Source: an uncultured Spirochaetales bacterium
GTDB lineage: Bacteria; Spirochaetota; Spirochaetia; CAZAKE01
Direction of reading: 5' to 3'
DNA length: 64,000 nt
NCBI GenBank assembly: GCA_964485495.1
Contig: CAZAKE010000002.1
Coordinates: 5,419-69,418, forward strand
Below the pieces are notes generated by a model. That model did no database searches. It saw nothing but the letters and a program-made list of their open reading frames with translations, and had not been told where the DNA came from. Below, in pieces: positions 60,928-64,000 of this stretch; the stretch's first letter is position 1; each line of letters opens with the position of its first letter. A program made the position numbers and the translations under genes.

Positions 60928-61046
60928 GATACTATTAATGTAACCCTTACAGGTCGGGAGGGAAAGAGCCTCTCCGATTCGTACGGAAACTTCAAAACCA
61001 TTATTGTTCGTTTTTCACGATTCAGAACGATAGGAAAGGAGAAGGC

Positions 61047-61898
61047 ATGCTTCCTGCCATCAAGGAGAAGGAGCTGCGCCTCAAGGCGTTGAAGCTCCGT
61101 AAAAACATCGTCGAGATGATCGGGGTCGGCAAGGCCGGCCATCTCGGCGGTTCGAGTTCCATTGCCGATGTCGTTTCGGTTCTCTATTTCGGTGAGATGA
61201 GGATCGATCCGCGGAATCCGAAGGATCCCGATCGTGATAGGTTCCTGCTGAGCAAGGGACATGCGGTATTGGCTCAGTATGCGGCGTTAGCCGAGTTGGA
61301 ATACTTTCCGAAGAGTGAGTTCGCAAAATTGAAGGCCCTCGGGGGAATCCTGCAGGGGCATCCCGATATGGATGAGACCCCCGGCATTGAGGCAGTGACC
61401 GGGTCGTTGGGGCAGGGCTTGTCTATCGCCTGCGGTCTCGCCATGGGAATACGACTCGACAGTCGGCCCTCACGGGTATTCGTGGTCCTCGGTGACGGCG
61501 AGTTGTCCGAAGGCCAGATCTGGGAAGCCGCGATGGCGGCGGCTAAGTTCAAGATCGACAACCTGACGGCGATCTTGGACTATAACGGCATACAGGCCAC
61601 CGGACCGACGGACGAAATCTTCCCGATTCCCGATGTTCCCGCTAAGTGGGCGGCCTTCGGCTGGCATGTGATCGAGATCGACGGGCATGACATCCCGGCG
61701 ATTCATTCGGCCCTGCAGGAGGCGAAGGAGGGTACCGGCAAGCCGACCATTATCATAGCGAGGACCATAAAGGGCAAGGGGATCTCCTTTGCCGAACATC
61801 AAGCGGCATTTCACAACGGGACTCTCACACAAGAGCAGTATCAGCTGGCCTTGAAGGAGTTGGATTCTCAGATGAGCGAGGTGGAACGGAATGGCTAA
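61047..61898 (+). CDS. transketolase, N-terminal (TPP-binding) subunit
   Basis: GHLGGSSS, GSLGQGL, VLGDGE TPP motifs. 8-bp overlap with the C-terminal subunit gene. Confidence 0.9.
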   Translation: MLPAIKEKELRLKALKLRKNIVEMIGVGKAGHLGGSSSIADVVSVLYFGEMRIDPRNPKDPDRDRFLLSKGHAVLAQYAALAELEYFPKSEFAKLKALGGILQGHPDMDETPGIEAVTGSLGQGLSIACGLAMGIRLDSRPSRVFVVLGDGELSEGQIWEAAMAAAKFKIDNLTAILDYNGIQATGPTDEIFPIPDVPAKWAAFGWHVIEIDGHDIPAIHSALQEAKEGTGKPTIIIARTIKGKGISFAEHQAAFHNGTLTQEQYQLALKELDSQMSEVERNG

Positions 61899-62835
61899 AC
61901 AATGGAAGACTGCAAACCTTAGGGAGGCCTACGGCCAGGCTCTGATCCGGATCGGTGCCACGGTTCAGGATATTGTGGTTCTCGAAGCGGATCTGGGGAA
62001 ATCTACGAAGACCTGCTACTTCAAGGACGAGTATCCGGATCGGTTCTTCGAGATGGGCATCGCCGAACAGAATATGGCATCTACGGCCGCAGGATTTGCT
62101 CTTGCCGGCAAGATTCCGTTCATGCACTCCTTTGCGGTGTTCGCATCCGGCCGGACCTACGACCAGCTGCGTAACTCGATCTGCATTCCCGGGCTCGGAG
62201 TTAAGATCTGCGGATCCAGCTACGGACTCTCCGATTTCGGTGACGGGAAGACGCATCAGTCGGTGGAGGACGCAGCCGTCATGCGTGCGCTGCCGAATAT
62301 GACGGTAATAACGCCAGTCGACGCCCCTCAGACAGAAAGAATGATCGAGGCGGTGATCGACTACCCCGGGCCGGTCTACATGCGTATCAACCGGAACGAT
62401 CAGCCCGTGCTGACCGAAGATATAGCGTCGTTCGAGATTGGACAGATGCAGATCCTGGCGGATGGATCGGATGCGGCGGTGATCGCTTACGGCAGCATGG
62501 TGCATAAGGCGATGGAGGCCAGGGATCTGTTGGCGGATGAGGGAATCTCCGTACGGGTGGTGAATGCGCCGACTCTCAAACCGATGGCCGATGATGAGGT
62601 GATGCGGTGTATCGAGGGAGTACGCGGCGTGGTAACGGCTGAAGAGCATACCGTCATCGGCGGTCTCGGGAGCGCCGTAGCCGAATGTATGCGGAGAACC
62701 AAAGGTGTCTCGCTGGAATTTATCGGCATTAAGGACAGGTTCGGGATCTCCGCGGAGGAGTATGAACCGCTTCTCGAATACTTCGGCCTGACACCCGTCG
62801 CCATTGCGGACGCGGTGAAAAGCGTATTACAATGA
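61891..62835 (+). CDS. transketolase, C-terminal (pyrimidine-binding/C-terminal domain) subunit
   Basis: FEMGIAEQNM, AVFASGRTYDQLRNS. Split-gene arrangement. Confidence 0.9.
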   Translation: MAKQWKTANLREAYGQALIRIGATVQDIVVLEADLGKSTKTCYFKDEYPDRFFEMGIAEQNMASTAAGFALAGKIPFMHSFAVFASGRTYDQLRNSICIPGLGVKICGSSYGLSDFGDGKTHQSVEDAAVMRALPNMTVITPVDAPQTERMIEAVIDYPGPVYMRINRNDQPVLTEDIASFEIGQMQILADGSDAAVIAYGSMVHKAMEARDLLADEGISVRVVNAPTLKPMADDEVMRCIEGVRGVVTAEEHTVIGGLGSAVAECMRRTKGVSLEFIGIKDRFGISAEEYEPLLEYFGLTPVAIADAVKSVLQ

Positions 62836-62861
62836 AACATACATCGATAGGAGGATCAGAG

Positions 62862-63749
62862 ATGAAGATTGGTTTTATAGGACTTGGGATCATGGGAAAG
62901 CCCATGGCGAAGAACCTGATAAAGGCAGGATATGACCTCGTAGTGTACGACATCGTGCCTGATCCGGTAAAAGAGGTTGCAGCCGAAGGTGCCGAAATTG
63001 CCGGATCGTGTACGGAGATTGCGGAGCAGTCGGAAATCATCATCACGATGCTGCCGGACGGACCTGATGTGGAGGCAGCGGTTCTCGGTGAGAACGGCGT
63101 AGCCGACGGGATCAAGCAAGGCGCTATCCTCATCGATATGAGTTCTATCGCGCCGGCCGTATCACAGAAGGTCTCGGCGGAGCTGGAGAAGAAGGGTGCC
63201 GAGATGTTGGATGCTCCTGTGTCTGGTGGCGAACCCAAGGCCATCGACGGAACCCTGGCGATTATGGTCGGCGGCAAGCAGGAGGTGTTCGACAAGGTAG
63301 AGGATATTCTCAAGGTGATGGGCGGGTCCGCGGTACTGGTGGGAGCCATCGGTGCCGGAAACGTCACGAAGCTTGCGAACCAGATCATCGTCGGTATCAA
63401 TATTGCGGCCATGTCCGAGGCTATGGTGCTGGCGACAAAGGCCGGTTTCGATCCGGAGAAGGTATATAACGCCATCCGCGGCGGACTGGCAGGCAGCACG
63501 GTGCTGGATGCTAAGGTCCCGCTCGCGCTGGAGGGTAACTTCAAGCCCGGATTCAGGATCGAGCTGCACATCAAGGATCTCAACAACGCCATGAGTACGG
63601 CACACGATCTCGGCTGTCCCTCCTTCCTCACCGGCCAGGTGATGGAGATCATGCAGGCTCTCAAGGTGGATGGAAAGGCGAAGAACGATCACGGCGGGTT
63701 GATCCAGTTCTATGAACGAATGGCCGACGTCGAGGTTCGCCGCAAATAG
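62862..63749 (+). CDS. NAD-binding 3-hydroxyacid dehydrogenase (2-hydroxy-3-oxopropionate reductase / 3-hydroxyisobutyrate dehydrogenase family)
   Basis: KIGFIGLGIMG Rossmann motif, family catalytic-region pattern. AGGAGGA RBS. ORF opens at 62832. Confidence 0.85.
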   Translation: MKIGFIGLGIMGKPMAKNLIKAGYDLVVYDIVPDPVKEVAAEGAEIAGSCTEIAEQSEIIITMLPDGPDVEAAVLGENGVADGIKQGAILIDMSSIAPAVSQKVSAELEKKGAEMLDAPVSGGEPKAIDGTLAIMVGGKQEVFDKVEDILKVMGGSAVLVGAIGAGNVTKLANQIIVGINIAAMSEAMVLATKAGFDPEKVYNAIRGGLAGSTVLDAKVPLALEGNFKPGFRIELHIKDLNNAMSTAHDLGCPSFLTGQVMEIMQALKVDGKAKNDHGGLIQFYERMADVEVRRK

Positions 63750-63779
63750 TCTCTCGAGACGACCGGGAGGGGTAGTCGA

Positions 63780-64000
63780 TGCGTTTACAGGATAAGGTGA
63801 CCGTCATTACCGGTGCCGGAGGTGGCATCGGCAGTGGAATTGCCGAAGTATTCTCCACGGAAGGCGCACGGGTAATCATTGCGGATGTCGATACCCGAGC
63901 CGGGGAAACCGTCGCGGAGCAGATTCGTTCCGCCGGCGGCACCGCGACTTTCTTGGAGCTGGACGTCACTCAGGAGCAGAGCTGGGTGGAATTGATCTCG
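63780..64000 (+). CDS. short-chain dehydrogenase/reductase (SDR), N-terminal part; runs off window
   Basis: TGAGGGIG cofactor motif. GGGAGGGG RBS. Confidence 0.7.

Noticed and set aside
62729-63664. 311-aa minus-strand ORF
   Set aside because: Antisense to the transketolase C-terminal subunit and the 3-hydroxyacid dehydrogenase genes. Low-complexity Ala/Ser/Pro-rich.
1-64000. CRISPR arrays, tRNA/rRNA genes, transposases, integrases, prophage or toxin-antitoxin modules
   Set aside because: None recognised by eye. The only repeated structure is the 15-bp tandem array at 21658-21716, which lacks spacers. No tRNA-like cloverleaf candidates were noticed in the larger intergenic regions. A dedicated tRNA scan was not possible, so this is not a proof of absence.

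Overview
High-GC bacterial chromosomal segment, densely coding on both strands (about 65 genes), with no transposases, integrases, rRNA/tRNA genes or CRISPR arrays seen. A eukaryote/archaeal-type ProRS, FapA/DUF342 and many chemotaxis and two-component genes suggest a spirochete-like or similar free-living anaerobe, but this is only a guess. Housekeeping anchors: proS, uvrC, nfo, split transketolase, a Fur-family regulator and a heterodimeric ABC exporter. Two separate SPFH/NfeD modules are present: two tandem stomatin-like paralogs plus a short NfeD at the left edge, and NfeD-long, NfeD-short and FloA at 52.6-55.7 kb. A regulatory neighbourhood at 10.5-17.1 kb holds an HD-GYP response regulator, an Hpt protein, an RpoD/RpoS-like sigma factor, a CheY-like receiver, an NrpR-like regulator and a PAS histidine kinase. 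An ArsR-headed cluster encodes a Ddl-like ATP-grasp ligase, a KamA-family 2,3-aminomutase and a Gfo/Idh/MocA oxidoreductase. It sits next to a low-GC islet with orphan ORFs and a 15-bp tandem repeat, and a decayed zone with two gene fragments follows at 25.5-26.5 kb. Also present are a CbbQ/CbbO-type AAA+/VWA pair with no obvious client, a CheW-MCP pair, and a 511-aa protein with an embedded HPr-like domain. Sequence-level regulatory signals: an array of three abutting GGCAA-N4-TTGCC palindromes downstream of a sigma70-like promoter for a glutamate-synthase-like gene, a Fur box over the fur promoter, and a textbook sigma54 -24/-12 element. The most unusual candidates are the ATP-grasp/KamA/oxidoreductase cluster, the HPr-domain protein, the bacterial NrpR-like regulator and the operator array.
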